32,000 bases of DNA from a cyanobacterium endosymbiont of Braarudosphaera bigelowii (lineage in GTDB: Bacteria; Cyanobacteriota; Cyanobacteriia; Cyanobacteriales; Microcystaceae), in NCBI RefSeq assembly GCF_020885515.1, contig NZ_AP024987.1:1200001-1232000 (forward strand), read 5' to 3'. The notes under the pieces are model-generated. The model saw only the letters and a program-made list of their open reading frames with translations, ran no database searches and had not been told where the DNA came from. Positions 31,221 to 32,000 of this stretch are shown here, in pieces. Within the stretch, counting starts at the first letter, position 1. Every line of letters starts with the position of its first letter. The translations under genes were made by a program, and so were the position numbers.

Positions 31221-32000
31221 TTATTCGGTTATCTTTGTGAAAAAATCAATAGTTTCTTTTAAAGCCACAGTAAATTTATCTATTTCTTCAAAAGTATTAT
31301 AAAAGTATAAACTTGCTCTAGCACTTCCTGAAGCTTTTAATAAGTGATGTAAAGGTTGAGTACAATGATCTCCAGAACGAATAGCAATTCCTTCATTATC
31401 TAATAAAGTTGATAAATCACTTCCGTGTATTCCATCTACATTAAATGATGCCAAGGCAGCCTTTCCTATGCCATTTTTAATTTTCTTTACTCCATAAGCC
31501 CTGAGATTTGGAATTCTTTCTAATTGTTGAAATAAATAACTTGATAACTGTTCTTCATAAGAATGAATGGTATTCATTCCTATCTCCGTTAAGTAATCAA
31601 CAGCTCTTCCTAAAGCTATTGCTTCTGCTATTGCTGGAGTCCCTGCTTCAAATTTATGAGGTAATTCTCCATAAGTAAAATGATCGAGAAATACTTCATC
31701 AATCATTTCTCCTCCTCCCAAGAATGGAGGCATTGATTCTAAAATTTTACGTTTTCCGTATAAAAAACCAATACCAGTGGGACCACACATTTTATGACCA
31801 CTTGCTACCAACCAATCACAATCAATATTTTGTATATCAATTGGAGTATGTGGAACACTTTGACATGCATCAATTAATACTTTAGCTCCAAAACTATGAG
31901 ATAGTTTAGTTATTTCTTCAATTGGGTTTATACAACCCAGCATATTAGAGATATGAACGATAGAAACCAGTTTAGTCTTTTCAGATAACATTGATTTAAA
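31221..32000 (-). CDS. sufS: SufS-type cysteine desulfurase, 5' end truncated by window edge
   Basis: PLP lysine motif WLVASGHKMCGPTGIGFLYGK, catalytic Cys motif IAIRSGDHCTQPLHHLL. The frame stays open through 32000 (..FKSMLSEKTKLVS), so the ATG at 31991 is internal. Confidence 0.93.
   Translation of the reverse strand, partial: FKSMLSEKTKLVSIVHISNMLGCINPIEEITKLSHSFGAKVLIDACQSVPHTPIDIQNIDCDWLVASGHKMCGPTGIGFLYGKRKILESMPPFLGGGEMIDEVFLDHFTYGELPHKFEAGTPAIAEAIALGRAVDYLTEIGMNTIHSYEEQLSSYLFQQLERIPNLRAYGVKKIKNGIGKAALASFNVDGIHGSDLSTLLDNEGIAIRSGDHCTQPLHHLLKASGSARASLYFYNTFEEIDKFTVALKETIDFFTKITE

Noticed and set aside
1-32000. CRISPR array, transposon, prophage, tRNA or rRNA
   Set aside because: No regularly spaced repeats, transposase motifs, phage genes or tRNA/rRNA signatures seen by eye. 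A tRNAscan-SE/minced run would be needed to be certain.

Overview
AT-rich cyanobacterial chromosomal window of the reduced-genome type. It carries intact psaA and psaB (photosystem I), a DHNA-CoA thioesterase, clpR/clpP3, a squalene/phytoene synthase family gene, the rimP-nusA-ylxR-infB cluster, a ~1000-aa multidomain glycosyltransferase, a YrdC/Sua5 protein, a CCA-adding-type nucleotidyltransferase, remA-gmk, rlmN, a B12-binding-type radical SAM protein, an ABC exporter, a lipid-A-disaccharide-synthase-related protein, and the 3' part of sufS cut by the window edge. About 77% is intact coding sequence by summing ORFs, and several 0.5-0.8 kb AT-rich spacers look gene-free. Gene content and style resemble a UCYN-A-like (Candidatus Atelocyanobacterium thalassa) symbiont. 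That is an inference and needs a database comparison. Most notable observations: (1) a heavily eroded PacS/CtaA-type copper P-type ATPase pseudogene at ~6421-7766, with a deletion removing the phosphorylation core; (2) long inverted repeats at all five convergent gene junctions, including a perfect 31-bp-arm hairpin after psaB; (3) a catalytically substituted ClpR next to ClpP3; (4) a large multidomain glycosyltransferase retained in an otherwise streamlined region. I found no CRISPR, transposon, tRNA or rRNA, and no convincing novel defence or mobile system.
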